NCBI GenBank assembly: GCA_038209015.1
Contig: JBBQYC010000002.1
Location: 1 to 55,661, forward strand
Source of the DNA: Candidatus Saccharimonadales bacterium
GTDB taxonomy: Bacteria > Patescibacteriota > Saccharimonadia > Saccharimonadales > JBBQYC01
Length of the DNA stretch: 55,661 nt
Direction of reading: 5' to 3'
Each line of letters opens with the position of its first letter. Within the stretch, counting starts at the first letter, position 1. Of this stretch, positions 34,146 through 44,099 are shown one piece after another. The position numbers and the translations under genes were made by a program. The notes below the pieces were generated by a model, which worked only from the letters and a program-made list of their open reading frames with translations, did not search any database and had not been told where the DNA came from.

Positions 34146-35270
34146 TTATTTTTGAAGTAACATCTTGGCAATTTTTAACGATGCATCGGTTTTAGTTAGA
34201 GACTGCAGCTGCTCTCCGAGCTGCTCCCTTTCCGCGTTAGACTTAAATATCTCCGTAACAACACGGATTAAATCAGCATTCAATTTTGATTCTGGTACTA
34301 CTAAGGCTGCGTTAACCTGTTTTAATAATTCAGCATTTTTTGTCTGATGCCCGTCGGTAAGCTGATCATTTGGTACGACTATGCAGGCTTTGCCTTGAAC
34401 TCCGAGTTCGGCAAGAGTGTTGGCTCCCGCCCGTGTTATCACTGCATCTGCAGCTCCAGTAAAAACATGCATCGGGGATAGGAATTCATAAACCATCAAC
34501 CTATCGTAAGCTTCGCCGTCGTACATATGGATGTTTCCTTTTCCTACCTGATGAATTATGTATAGATCATCAAACTCCATAAGTTCAGCTATACTATTTT
34601 TTACTGCTGTATTAATCCGCTGCGCGCCCAAACTGCCGCCGGTAACTAGGAGTACCTTAGCCGCTTCCTCAATACCAAGTTGACGTTTATAATCACGCTG
34701 CATACTGCGCGAGACTGGCTGGTAATCACTGCTCACGATTACTCCAACCTGCTGCACTTTATTGGATGTATATGGATAATCTTCGGGTGGGCCAGCTGTT
34801 GCATGAATAGTCGCCCAACGGGCTACTAAGCGATTTGCTAATCCTGGAACAGCATCTGAGTCGTGCGTAATAAACGGAATTTTGAGCATTGCAGATGCTA
34901 AGCCTATAGGAACACCGACATATCCCCCTTTCAGAAAAACCATATCAGGACGAATCCTACGCAGTAGCAAAACGCTCTGAATTAAACCAATTAGAAAATA
35001 GATAGCATCACGGACATTAAGCATATTGGTTTTTATATCAAACAGTCGTTGCACCACTGAGTCGCCGTTATATCGACGAAATTTACCGCTGAAAACCGTA
35101 TGTACAACATCAATTGCTGCCTGACCATCTGTTAGATGTGCAAACTTACCATGACGTTCGCCAATATAGGTTACATGAACACTTGCTTCCAAAGTTTTAA
35201 GCTCCTTAGCTACGGCTAGCAGTGGAGTAATGTGGCCGCCTGTTCCGCCGCCAGTCAGTACTACCTTCAT
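34146..35270 (-). CDS. murG: UDP-GlcNAc:lipid I GlcNAc transferase MurG
   Basis: MKVVLTGGGTGGHITP. ATG at 35270 has the SD AAGGGAG, whereas the track start at 35294 is GTG. Confidence 0.9.
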   Translation of the reverse strand: MKVVLTGGGTGGHITPLLAVAKELKTLEASVHVTYIGERHGKFAHLTDGQAAIDVVHTVFSGKFRRYNGDSVVQRLFDIKTNMLNVRDAIYFLIGLIQSVLLLRRIRPDMVFLKGGYVGVPIGLASAMLKIPFITHDSDAVPGLANRLVARWATIHATAGPPEDYPYTSNKVQQVGVIVSSDYQPVSRSMQRDYKRQLGIEEAAKVLLVTGGSLGAQRINTAVKNSIAELMEFDDLYIIHQVGKGNIHMYDGEAYDRLMVYEFLSPMHVFTGAADAVITRAGANTLAELGVQGKACIVVPNDQLTDGHQTKNAELLKQVNAALVVPESKLNADLIRVVTEIFKSNAEREQLGEQLQSLTKTDASLKIAKMLLQK

Positions 35271-36444
35271 GCATGCTCCCTTCTGATCCCGCACTTATTT
35301 CATACGTGGTATACCGGGATATCTCAAACACAATGCCTATTGCGGCCGCCACAAAGACGACGCTTGTGCCACCATAGCTTATAAACGGAAGTGTAATGCC
35401 CTTCAATGGGACTAATCCGATCATAGCACCCACATTCATGAATGCTTGCGTACTCAACCATGCCAATACACCGACTACAATGAAACGACTTTGTTCATCT
35501 GGCGCTCGTTCAATGATCCGCTTTAGCCGTGAAAACAATCCGGCAAATAATAGCAAGATTATACTCATGCCTATAAAGCCAAATTTTTCACTCATAATTG
35601 CAAAAATTGAGTCATTGGCCGCCTCTGGCAAATACCCAAACGCTTGGCCACTACTGGCCAATCCCCTGCCGGTCAGACCACCCGACCCTACAGCGATTAA
35701 TGCCTGACAGGTTTGATAACCCGCATCTTGACAGTCGCTCTCAGGGTTTAAATACGTATAAAATCTGTCACGCCGGTATTCGCTCGATGCAATAAACAGA
35801 CCTGCGACTCCAATGAGCACCACGGCAAGTACAGCGACGCGTTTTAATGGTAAACCAGCCACAAACAGCATAATAGCCACAATCGCTGCAATAACACCGG
35901 TTGAACCTAAGTCGCTTTGTAACCCAGCTATTACCACAATACAAGCTGCACCAACGATACCAAGAGGTTTCAAGCTTTTCGCATAATCTTCAAGGTCTCG
36001 CTCCTTAAGTCGTGCTGCCAAAAAACCAGCTAGCCATATTATCAATGCTAATTTAACCAATTCCACCGGCTGGAATGACATACCGCCAATTTGTATCCAG
36101 CGGTACGCGCCATTCACCTGCTCACCCACTATGCGAACCGCTACTGAACTTACGCCGGCAGCAATGATTAATGGCCACTGAATCCTCTGCCATATAGATG
36201 TGGGTAGTCGCGATGTAATGCCAAACGCCACTAATCCTAGCAAGATAGCTACAAACTGCTTTGATACATAGTAATTGTTGCTAACATTATTTTGAGCGGC
36301 GAGACCTGGGCTAATTGCATACACAACTATTAAACCAATTACCAGCAGTAAAGCTGAAAGAATTAACAATATATAATCAGGTTTATGGCGGCGCTGGTGA
36401 GCGGCAGTTTTTTCGATATAAGATCGGCGCTGGCGCGGCCTCAT
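35206..36444 (-). CDS. ftsW: SEDS-family peptidoglycan polymerase FtsW/RodA
   Basis: About ten TM helices and conserved motifs SDLGS, PEAANDSIF and LPFISYGGTS. Its 3' end overlaps the murG start. Confidence 0.85.
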   Translation of the reverse strand: MRPRQRRSYIEKTAAHQRRHKPDYILLILSALLLVIGLIVVYAISPGLAAQNNVSNNYYVSKQFVAILLGLVAFGITSRLPTSIWQRIQWPLIIAAGVSSVAVRIVGEQVNGAYRWIQIGGMSFQPVELVKLALIIWLAGFLAARLKERDLEDYAKSLKPLGIVGAACIVVIAGLQSDLGSTGVIAAIVAIMLFVAGLPLKRVAVLAVVLIGVAGLFIASSEYRRDRFYTYLNPESDCQDAGYQTCQALIAVGSGGLTGRGLASSGQAFGYLPEAANDSIFAIMSEKFGFIGMSIILLLFAGLFSRLKRIIERAPDEQSRFIVVGVLAWLSTQAFMNVGAMIGLVPLKGITLPFISYGGTSVVFVAAAIGIVFEISRYTTYEISAGSEGSMHEGSTDWRRNRRPHYSTASRS

Positions 36445-37484
36445 ACTCGATTACCTACCAGGTATAGAATAATTCCAAGCACGCCTACAACCTGCCCCAC
36501 AATCCAAAAACGCATAGTAACTTTTGCCTCGGGCCAGCCGATAGCTTCAAAATGATGGTGAATTGGCGCAATTCTGAATATTTTCCTACCGTTGCGGAGT
36601 TTTTTAGATGCCACCTGAAGAATAACGGAACCAGTCTCAGCCACAAACACTGCACCAATAACTGGGAGCAGTAATATACTGTCGGTAAGCATTGCCACTA
36701 CCCCAAGCGCCGTACCCAGTGCAAACGAACCGATATCTCCCATAAAAAATCGCGCAGGATGCACATTAAACCACGTATAACTGAGCAATGCTCCTACTAT
36801 ACTCATACAAAAACCAGCAATTCCATAGCGTTGTTCAAACAGGGCAATGACTGCATAAATAGCAAATGCAATCGAAGCTAGACCACCCGCCAACCCGTCG
36901 AGCCCGTCACTTATATTAACTGCATTTGCAGTGGCCACGACGACAAATACAAACAACGGGATAATCAGCCAGCCTACGCCGATATCTCCTACGAATGGAA
37001 CGAAGACGCTCGTGACTTCAAGCTTATAAAAAAAGAACCACCCGCCAACAGCCGCAACGGCCGTCATCATCAAAAACTTTAGCCTTGACGGTAATCCAGC
37101 TACTCCCTTGCCTGTTCCTCTGATGTTTATAACATCATCCAGTAAACCTATTGCACCTGCACCTACGAGCGCTGCAAGCGGCAACCAGGTTTCAGACCTA
37201 TCTAGGTTGAATAATAATGTCGAAACTGCCGCGGATGTAACAAAGATAATTCCGGCCATAGTCGGGATATTGCGCTTGTGCTTTTCGGCATGAAGCTTTT
37301 GAAATACCGTTGCCTGCTCGCCTGTCACCGTGCTCTGTCTGGCTTTTTTCCACCACTGATAGTGAAACGCAAGGGTCGTATACAAAGGCGTAAGTAACAT
37401 ACTCAAAATAAAACTAAAGAAGCCTAGCGCGAAAATACGGGATATTGTGTCTACATTGATTGATATATTGAGTATGGTATCCAT
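36441..37484 (-). CDS. mraY: phospho-N-acetylmuramoyl-pentapeptide transferase MraY
   Basis: PTMAGI, DDVINI, NAVNISDGLDGLA, PIHHHFE. Confidence 0.92.
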   Translation of the reverse strand: MDTILNISINVDTISRIFALGFFSFILSMLLTPLYTTLAFHYQWWKKARQSTVTGEQATVFQKLHAEKHKRNIPTMAGIIFVTSAAVSTLLFNLDRSETWLPLAALVGAGAIGLLDDVINIRGTGKGVAGLPSRLKFLMMTAVAAVGGWFFFYKLEVTSVFVPFVGDIGVGWLIIPLFVFVVVATANAVNISDGLDGLAGGLASIAFAIYAVIALFEQRYGIAGFCMSIVGALLSYTWFNVHPARFFMGDIGSFALGTALGVVAMLTDSILLLPVIGAVFVAETGSVILQVASKKLRNGRKIFRIAPIHHHFEAIGWPEAKVTMRFWIVGQVVGVLGIILYLVGNRV

Positions 37485-37529
37485 GAATTTCTTTCTCTTT
37501 ATTATACGCCGATTCGCCTGTTTTCGCGA

Positions 37530-39287
37530 CTACAAAGCGGGCATTATCCCTATGTTATTTATGAGCATGTCGGTTATAGTTCCAAAAATCGGTGCGGCAG
37601 CTTGCGAGCCCGCATAACCAGGTATTTTGGGCTCGTTGACCTGCACAACAATAACGTACTCCGGCTCTGCACCACCCACGAACCCCATGAACGTTCCGTT
37701 ATACCTGTCTTCGTAATAACCACCTTCGGGATTTGCAATTTCTGCAGTACCGGTTTTTCCACCAATACTATAGCCAGCTCTCGGCTTGGTCATGCGGTAA
37801 CTTATATAATTTTTTTCAACGACATTTTCCATCATCGAAATAATCTGCTGACTCGTCTCAGGACGGATCACTTGATCATTCACTATTTTGGGTGATGTTG
37901 CTTCCGTACTACCATCAGCACCCACATACCCGTCTATTAGACTTGGTTGAAAGTATGTCCCACCGTTCACCATGCTCACCAAACCTGCGCCAACCTGCAG
38001 GGATGTAGCCGTCATGCCTTGCCCGAAACTCGTATTGGCGTAGCGCAGATTCAAACCAAATCCTTCGTTTGGATCGGGAATTGTTCCCGTAGCCTCATAT
38101 CCTTGTTCAATGCCGGTTAACTGGCCGAAACGGAAATGCTCAGTCATGTAACTATGCCACGTGTTTCTTCCCTTTTCATTTAATTCGCCACCACCGAGTT
38201 GCATGAGCAGCCACGTGGCTCCGGTGTTTAATGAATACTGTAAAATATCCGAAACACTTCTTGTGGCAGCTCCACCATCTTCCTCAATATTCGTAATTTT
38301 ATAGCCATCTACAGAATAAACCGCTGGGTCATAATAAGTTGTTGATGGCGACACTACCCCCTCATTCACGGCGGCAGCCGCAGTAAACGGTTTCATAACT
38401 GAACCTATTTCTAATGGAGCGCTGGCGGCAGGATTCGTGAACACACTAGCGTCTTTTACCTCATAATATTTGTCGGGATTATATGTAGGATAATTAGCCA
38501 TTGCTTTAACTCTTCCCGTCTTAACGTCTAGTACTAACGCGCTGCCTGACGTGCTCTGAGCGTTCTTGAGCCCTTCTTCTAACAATGTCTCCAGTTGCGA
38601 CTGTATGCCGATATCGATGCTTAGGACTACATCTCGACCATCGACCGGTTCTATCTCAATATTTTCTTGGTTGGCAGCCAGCGGTACACCGCTTACATCC
38701 GTTATAGCCTTTAATTGGCCTGATTCTCCCGTTAGCTCGTCGTTAAGTGCTTGCTCAATTCCATATGTACCAACGCCTTCGTTATTTACGAAACCAAGTA
38801 CCTGAGCCGCAACCCTTCCTTGTGGATAGGTGCGGTAATTTTCCGGCTGCGCACCAATCCCTTTTAATTTTAACTGCCGGATTGCTTCGGCGTGTTCTTT
38901 CGTGATTTGTTTTGCCAAAATTTGATAACGGCTGCCTGACTGCGTCATTGACTGCTGATATCCAGTAGCATCACCACCAATAATCTGCTGTATTTTCAAA
39001 GCGTCTTCGGCGGCATTCTCTATATACTGCGGATCGGCATATACGGTATAGCGAATTTCATTAAGAACAAGCGGGACTCGCTCGCCATTGAGATTACCGT
39101 AAATAGCTCCTCTTTCGGCTGTAATTTCATACTGTTTTAATTGGTTAGCCTGAGCAGCGGCACGGTAATAAGAATGCTTGATAACCTGAAGGTCGAACAA
39201 TCTAATGCCAAACAGCAAAAGAATCGCTATTAGTAAACCATACCAAAAGCGAATCCTGAGTACGCTGGCTGTTTGATTCTGTTTCAT
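37530..39287 (-). CDS. ftsI: class B penicillin-binding protein (FtsI-like transpeptidase)
   Basis: It has an N-terminal TM helix plus the SxxK (SVMK), SxN (SLN) and KTGTA motifs. Confidence 0.88.
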   Translation of the reverse strand: MKQNQTASVLRIRFWYGLLIAILLLFGIRLFDLQVIKHSYYRAAAQANQLKQYEITAERGAIYGNLNGERVPLVLNEIRYTVYADPQYIENAAEDALKIQQIIGGDATGYQQSMTQSGSRYQILAKQITKEHAEAIRQLKLKGIGAQPENYRTYPQGRVAAQVLGFVNNEGVGTYGIEQALNDELTGESGQLKAITDVSGVPLAANQENIEIEPVDGRDVVLSIDIGIQSQLETLLEEGLKNAQSTSGSALVLDVKTGRVKAMANYPTYNPDKYYEVKDASVFTNPAASAPLEIGSVMKPFTAAAAVNEGVVSPSTTYYDPAVYSVDGYKITNIEEDGGAATRSVSDILQYSLNTGATWLLMQLGGGELNEKGRNTWHSYMTEHFRFGQLTGIEQGYEATGTIPDPNEGFGLNLRYANTSFGQGMTATSLQVGAGLVSMVNGGTYFQPSLIDGYVGADGSTEATSPKIVNDQVIRPETSQQIISMMENVVEKNYISYRMTKPRAGYSIGGKTGTAEIANPEGGYYEDRYNGTFMGFVGGAEPEYVIVVQVNEPKIPGYAGSQAAAPIFGTITDMLINNIGIMPAL

Positions 39288-39298
39288 AAATGCTTGTA

Positions 39299-39646
39299 CT
39301 AATTTTGAGCGGTAGCACTTGGCGTCACGTTAACAAGGCCGGCTGTCACCTTACTATCTTTTGCTCGTTCGAGCGAAAGTAGTCTGGCTGCATTGACTTG
39401 CAATTCATTATTCTCTTCTTGAAGACTTCCCTGTTTCGTCTTGAGGTCATTTAGTTGATAACTCAAAGCGTTTGTCTTTGTCACTTGCGTGAGATACAGC
39501 AAGCCGAGTAGGCAGGCCATAATGAGAAGCACAATCGTATTACTTACCGGTCCCAGCGCTCGTGCCTGCGTCGTGAAGCGCGTGGTATTTTGTTGTCTTG
39601 CAGCAAACCGCTTGCGGTTCATTGCAAGTGTATTTGAGTATGTCAT
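39299..39646 (-). CDS. ftsL: FtsL-like septation protein
   Basis: It has a single TM helix followed by a leucine-zipper-like coiled coil. The position between rsmH and ftsI is the expected one. Confidence 0.6.
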   Translation of the reverse strand: MTYSNTLAMNRKRFAARQQNTTRFTTQARALGPVSNTIVLLIMACLLGLLYLTQVTKTNALSYQLNDLKTKQGSLQEENNELQVNAARLLSLERAKDSKVTAGLVNVTPSATAQN

Positions 39647-39678
39647 ATATATTTGTTTATTTTTATTTTTATGTTCGT

Positions 39679-39702
39679 CCGGCCCCTGTTGCCAGAGGCC
39701 GG
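39679..39702. other. GC-rich 10-bp hairpin between rsmH and ftsL
   Basis: CCGGCCCCTG ttgc CAGAGGCCGG, with one G-U pair. There is no U-tract on either strand. Confidence 0.5.
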
Positions 39703-39788
39703 TAGTACAATGCTAGAGTACTTTGACTCTAACCTTGTATGAACGGGAGAGGTTTTTGACCTGGATTGGCATTCCTCTTCCTTTCTCC

Positions 39789-40676
39789 CTATTTTTGGGA
39801 TGTTTTTATTTTTGCTGCGGCTCGGAGTTTTGCACTCCTTGCACGCGGATTAATAGCTATTTCGTCGGCGTTGGCCTTGACGGGCTTTTTAGTAAGAAGC
39901 CGCAAGTCAGCGTCGTAGCGATCACCAGTGGTTTCCCTCATAGCTTGTTTGACAATTCTGTCTTCCAAACTATGAAAACTGATAATCACTATTCGCCCAC
40001 CCGGCTTGAGTAACGAAAACCATAATGGTAGTGCGCTCTCGAGCAGTTTTAACTCGTCATTTACTTCAATTCTTATAGCTTGAAATAAACGAGTTGCTGG
40101 ATGTACCTTACTCCCAGATGGCCATATGTTTAAGGCTATCTTAGCCAACTGCGAAGTACTCTGAATTGGCCGAGCATCTACAATGGCATCTGCCATTTTC
40201 CGAGCCTTCGGTTCCTCTCCATATACCTTAAGTATGCGAGTGATGTCGTCCGCACTATAGGTATTAACGACATGGTCAGCCGTTTTGTATTGCTGCTGAT
40301 TCATTCTCATGTCCAACTCAGCATCAGCTGCAAAGCTGAATCCACGCTGCGACTTGTCAAGGTGCAGTGACGAGACCCCGAGGTCCGCCAGTATCATGTC
40401 AAATGTCTTGTTCTTACCAACAAGCATCTGGCTGGCGTTCAGAAAATCGTTATGTAAGATCTGAACGTCCTGCCCTGCAAACACCGCTTCTAGGTATGCA
40501 ATAGCTTCGTGGTCGCGATCGACGAGTGTTGCGCGCTGTGAGGCTTCCGTAACCGCGACTATTTCTGCTGCATGCCCACCATACCCAGCAGTAAGGTCAA
40601 GATAACTCTCGCCCTTACCAGGTTGTAGGTACTTCATAACATCATTAAGAAGTACGGGTGTGTGAGGACTTTCCAT
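39789..40676 (-). CDS. rsmH: 16S rRNA (cytosine1402-N4)-methyltransferase RsmH
   Basis: HTPVLLNDV, DLTAGYGGHA, ADLGVSS, SFHSLEDR. ATG at 40676, whereas the track start at 40709 is TTG. Confidence 0.9.
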   Translation of the reverse strand: MESPHTPVLLNDVMKYLQPGKGESYLDLTAGYGGHAAEIVAVTEASQRATLVDRDHEAIAYLEAVFAGQDVQILHNDFLNASQMLVGKNKTFDMILADLGVSSLHLDKSQRGFSFAADAELDMRMNQQQYKTADHVVNTYSADDITRILKVYGEEPKARKMADAIVDARPIQSTSQLAKIALNIWPSGSKVHPATRLFQAIRIEVNDELKLLESALPLWFSLLKPGGRIVIISFHSLEDRIVKQAMRETTGDRYDADLRLLTKKPVKANADEIAINPRARSAKLRAAAKIKTSQK

Positions 40677-41133
40677 ATTTGTTTTTGTTTTGGTGATTTT
40701 TATTTTCAAACTGTACCGTTCGATTTAAGGTCACCTATCTAGTAATCAACTTTTTGTTTTTTGGTTGTTTTTGTTTTTGTGTTTCCTTAAGTTTTGATGC
40801 TTAAAGAATAAGTACATTGGTGTCAGTGAGAACGTATTTTGTGATTTTAAAAATCATCGAAATTCTTACTTCCGCCAAGTTGAGAGACTTATGTGTGAGG
40901 TGGAGTTTTGGGAGGTGTTTATGTAATGTGCTAGAAATTTTGAAATGATTCCTATAACATTCGTTGATTACCAGATAGCTAACCTTTCGTAATGAGACAA
41001 ACCTGCGGTTTTTCTCATCTTGCCGGGATTATGGCTTAGCCAAAGTCTCGGGCTGCTCTTTTCCCTTACTGGGATTGAACTTACTGCAAAGAACTATATT
41101 CTCTATTGGTGCCGAATTGTTAATGTTCTTGGG

Positions 41134-41496
41134 TTAATCTGTCGGTTTTTGGATGCGCCAATACAGGCCTGCACGTACGCATTCCACTTCTGAGGTGATT
41201 CCTGAATAATCCAACAAATGTTTTTCAATCAGCACCCTGCCCTGTTTTTGGTCAAGTGATGCTTCTGTTTTACCGGTTCTAAACTGAACGTTTAGGTCGG
41301 CCGTCCGCTCGTCAAGGATGTTGCCTTGCAATTGTGACTCCATTTGCTGATCCCATACCTGTTTTGGGTAGAGATGCAGATAATTCTTGAATCCTCGTGT
41401 CACGACTACGCCGCTTGAAAACTCAGTACGAACATCGGTAGGTATGGTTAACCTGCGTTTGTCGTCTAGTTTCCTCCGGAAGTAGTCTGTGGCCAT
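41134..41496 (-). CDS. mraZ: transcriptional regulator MraZ
   Basis: LDDKRRLTIP and LDQKQGRVLI mark the two SpoVT/AbrB-like halves. SD AAGGGG. First gene of the dcw cluster. Confidence 0.8.
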   Translation of the reverse strand: MATDYFRRKLDDKRRLTIPTDVRTEFSSGVVVTRGFKNYLHLYPKQVWDQQMESQLQGNILDERTADLNVQFRTGKTEASLDQKQGRVLIEKHLLDYSGITSEVECVRAGLYWRIQKPTD

Positions 41497-41555
41497 CAGA
41501 TCCCCTTGTTATTGATAGTGGTTTTTGTTTTATGGTTGGTAGGCTGTTTTGGCTT

Positions 41556-41601
41556 ACCCACATTTACCCACTAGACCCAGTGTACAACCCACTACTACCC
41601 A
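41556..41601 (-). promoter_or_regulatory. five phased TGGGT boxes (putative MraZ operator)
   Basis: ACCCA occurs on the plus strand at 41556, 41566, 41575, 41587 and 41597, with spacings of 10, 9, 12 and 10 bp. The boxes lie 60-105 nt upstream of the mraZ ATG. Confidence 0.6.
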
Positions 41602-41661
41602 CTTGCAAGCATTTTAAGATGAAAAGCTGTAAGAAATAAACAACTTATCCACAGTAATCAA

Positions 41662-41697
41662 TAAAAAGACATAACACCACAACATGTGGTGTTATGT
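41662..41697 (-). terminator. intrinsic terminator
   Basis: A 13-bp perfect stem ACATAACACCACA/TGTGGTGTTATGT with a 3-nt loop is followed on the minus strand by CTTTTTATT. It lies downstream of the gene ending at 41717. Confidence 0.75.
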
Positions 41698-41716
41698 ACG
41701 TCATTCAGTACGCTAT

Positions 41717-42064
41717 TTATTCGCGTTCGCCAGTAGATGGTTGAGCAGTAATGACTTCCTGAGCTGGATTAGACTGTAACTGTCTATATTGATCATCTGC
41801 GATTTCTACTGTATTACCATTCGGTAACGTAACTACATCTTCTTGAGGAGCTAAGGGGTTGGGAGTCTCAGTTTTTGGCTGCCCTTCTCCTCCACCCATG
41901 GTAGCTAAAGCTAATGCAGCACCAGTGGCAGCTACACCTAAGCCATAACGTAATGTTTTTTTCTCACGATCAGCACGTGCCTGATTTCGAGCCTCATATG
42001 CCTTATACTCCGTGCGAAGCGGTATTTCTGTGTGATATTGGGCTGACTGGTTATATTCTTTCAT
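41717..42064 (-). CDS. small membrane-anchored hypothetical protein
   Basis: One central hydrophobic helix (LGVAATGAALALATMGGG). No family recognised. Confidence 0.45.
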   Translation of the reverse strand: MKEYNQSAQYHTEIPLRTEYKAYEARNQARADREKKTLRYGLGVAATGAALALATMGGGEGQPKTETPNPLAPQEDVVTLPNGNTVEIADDQYRQLQSNPAQEVITAQPSTGERE

Positions 42065-42101
42065 GCTTTCATTATACTAAGCATTAGCGTATTTGTCAAT
42101 A

Positions 42102-43373
42102 TTATACGTTAGACTGGAATCGGGCGATCTTTTTTGCGAACCATGCAGCGCTGGGGCGAATAGTGCGTTTCATCCCCTTTTCCCGGTCGACACTAACGAG
42201 TCCGAACTTTGGCCACCAACCGTAGGCCCATTCAAAATTGTCTAGCAAGCTCCAGTGAAAATATCCCCTCAAATCAACCCCTTCACTAATAGCCTTTTCC
42301 ATAGCCACTAAAGATTCTTCTATCCACCAACGCCGGTATTCATCCTTGCTATCGGCAAGACCATTTTCTGTTATAAATATGGGTTTCTTATACCGCGACC
42401 AGACACGTATGAGTAATGGATACAGCCCTTCTGGCTCCATATACCACCCCAAATCATTAAGTGGAACTTTTGGATTATCTCTTTTAACACCTTTCCAGTA
42501 ATCTGTGAAGTAATAATTGAAGCCAACGTAATCCTGGTACTTATTTACCCTGTTTAAAAACCACCAGTTCCAAAAATATCGCATCCACCTCGTTGACAAT
42601 TGATCCAATGAGTTATGCGGCCGCTTAGCCTGGATATTTGCTAGTTGTGCAGCTATGCCCACCTGCAAATGAGGTTTCGCTTTTTTAAGTATTTTATAGG
42701 CGCGCTTATGAGCTTGGGCTAAATTCCAGTACACTCTCATAAAACTAACATAACTTTTCTCTTCTGGCGGCCAATCTCCAGTAATGTAGCTGAAGCTGGC
42801 ATATACATTAGGTTCATTCAGGGTAATGACATATGTTACATCATCAAGAAGCTCGTCGGCTACTTTCTGTACAAATCTCTCAAAATACTGCAAATTGGAC
42901 TTCTTTTTGAAGCCGCCCTTATCTGCGAACCAGGTCGGCAACGTCCAGTGCCATAGGTTCATAAATGGTTCAATGCCCTGGCTGCGGATTTCGGCTATAT
43001 AATGTTTGTAGTGCTCAAGTTCGGTTTTATTCCACTTTCCTTCTTCAGGTTCGATTCTGGACCACTCGATACCAAATCGAAATGAATTCATATTAAGTTT
43101 TTTTACAATCTGCAAGTCTTCTTTATACCGTTTAAAATGATCGACTCCCCGACCTGAAACATAATTATTAGGATCTTCGGCATACGGTTTGATTTCGTGC
43201 CAGTTTGGCAACCAACTAAGTCTTTGGTGAGCAAGTTGCGCGTGTTGTTTGGCGACTGATAGTTCCCACTCTGTCCACTGGTTTACAGTACCGCCTTCAA
43301 CCTGATGGCTGGCGGTACTTGCACCCCAGAAAAACTGATCCCCAAATAGATCATTCGATTCGTCTTGTCTCAT
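42102..43373 (-). CDS. glycoside hydrolase family 1 (beta-glucosidase-like)
   Basis: FFWGASTASHQVEGG, acid/base motif TLNEPN, nucleophile motif ITENG. Confidence 0.88.
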   Translation of the reverse strand: MRQDESNDLFGDQFFWGASTASHQVEGGTVNQWTEWELSVAKQHAQLAHQRLSWLPNWHEIKPYAEDPNNYVSGRGVDHFKRYKEDLQIVKKLNMNSFRFGIEWSRIEPEEGKWNKTELEHYKHYIAEIRSQGIEPFMNLWHWTLPTWFADKGGFKKKSNLQYFERFVQKVADELLDDVTYVITLNEPNVYASFSYITGDWPPEEKSYVSFMRVYWNLAQAHKRAYKILKKAKPHLQVGIAAQLANIQAKRPHNSLDQLSTRWMRYFWNWWFLNRVNKYQDYVGFNYYFTDYWKGVKRDNPKVPLNDLGWYMEPEGLYPLLIRVWSRYKKPIFITENGLADSKDEYRRWWIEESLVAMEKAISEGVDLRGYFHWSLLDNFEWAYGWWPKFGLVSVDREKGMKRTIRPSAAWFAKKIARFQSNV

Positions 43374-43969
43374 TTCTTCCCTTTGTTTTTGCTTCCAGAC
43401 CGACGATCTGAATATGCAAGACGCCGCTTCAGTGTGTCCAGGCGTACAACATACGAGTCATATCTGTTATACAAGCCAGAATAGTGATCGTTTGGAGTTA
43501 AAATCTTACCGAGTTTTTTCTGTGCCTCAAGGTACTCAACCAGGCAAAAGAAGTCTCCATCACCAGACACAATAACAGCCTTACTGTAGTGCGGGAATTC
43601 TTTCATAGCCCAAAGTACTAAATCTGCATCGATATTACCCTTTGCCGGTGATTGTTCAGCCGTTGGTTTGTCGGTATGCTCAAGCATCATTTCCGGGTGT
43701 GGTTTTGTCATGTCAAAGGTTGGCTTAAGGACAATCTTATAACCGGAATCGTGCAGCTGTTGATACATTGGCTCAAATTCTGGAACGTACCCGATGAACA
43801 TGAAAGCCTCAGTGACACCTTGGTCTTTTTCTAAATACTGGCGAAACTTCCGCCAATCCATCTTAAATCCGGCTTTTTGTATACCTAAATTCAGATTTTG
43901 GCTGTCAATAAACGCGTAAATTTGTTTCTTTTTACCAGGCATATTGATAATCATATCAGATAACGCCAT
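43370..43969 (-). CDS. NYN/LabA-like domain protein
   Basis: IYAFIDSQNLNLG and ...VIVSGDGDFFCLVEYL. It overlaps the GH1 gene by 4 nt. Confidence 0.65.
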   Translation of the reverse strand: MALSDMIINMPGKKKQIYAFIDSQNLNLGIQKAGFKMDWRKFRQYLEKDQGVTEAFMFIGYVPEFEPMYQQLHDSGYKIVLKPTFDMTKPHPEMMLEHTDKPTAEQSPAKGNIDADLVLWAMKEFPHYSKAVIVSGDGDFFCLVEYLEAQKKLGKILTPNDHYSGLYNRYDSYVVRLDTLKRRLAYSDRRSGSKNKGKK

Positions 43970-44099
43970 TTCATTGCGCGAACAATTCGCGTGAAAGCAA
44001 TATCAGTTTGTCATCATCTATTGCCTCGTCTCCTCGTCCATCTCTATTGGATGCAGTGATTAAGAGGCTATCGTTATCTGCTGGCATCACCCCGAAATC

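Noticed and set aside
41040-41075. AGCAGCC and GGCAAGATGA on the minus strand resemble SRP (4.5S) RNA helix 8 motifs.
   Set aside because: The 5' strand needed to form the symmetric and asymmetric loops (GGUCAGGUCC-like) is absent. The apical loop would also be a non-GNRA pentaloop on a 4-bp stem.
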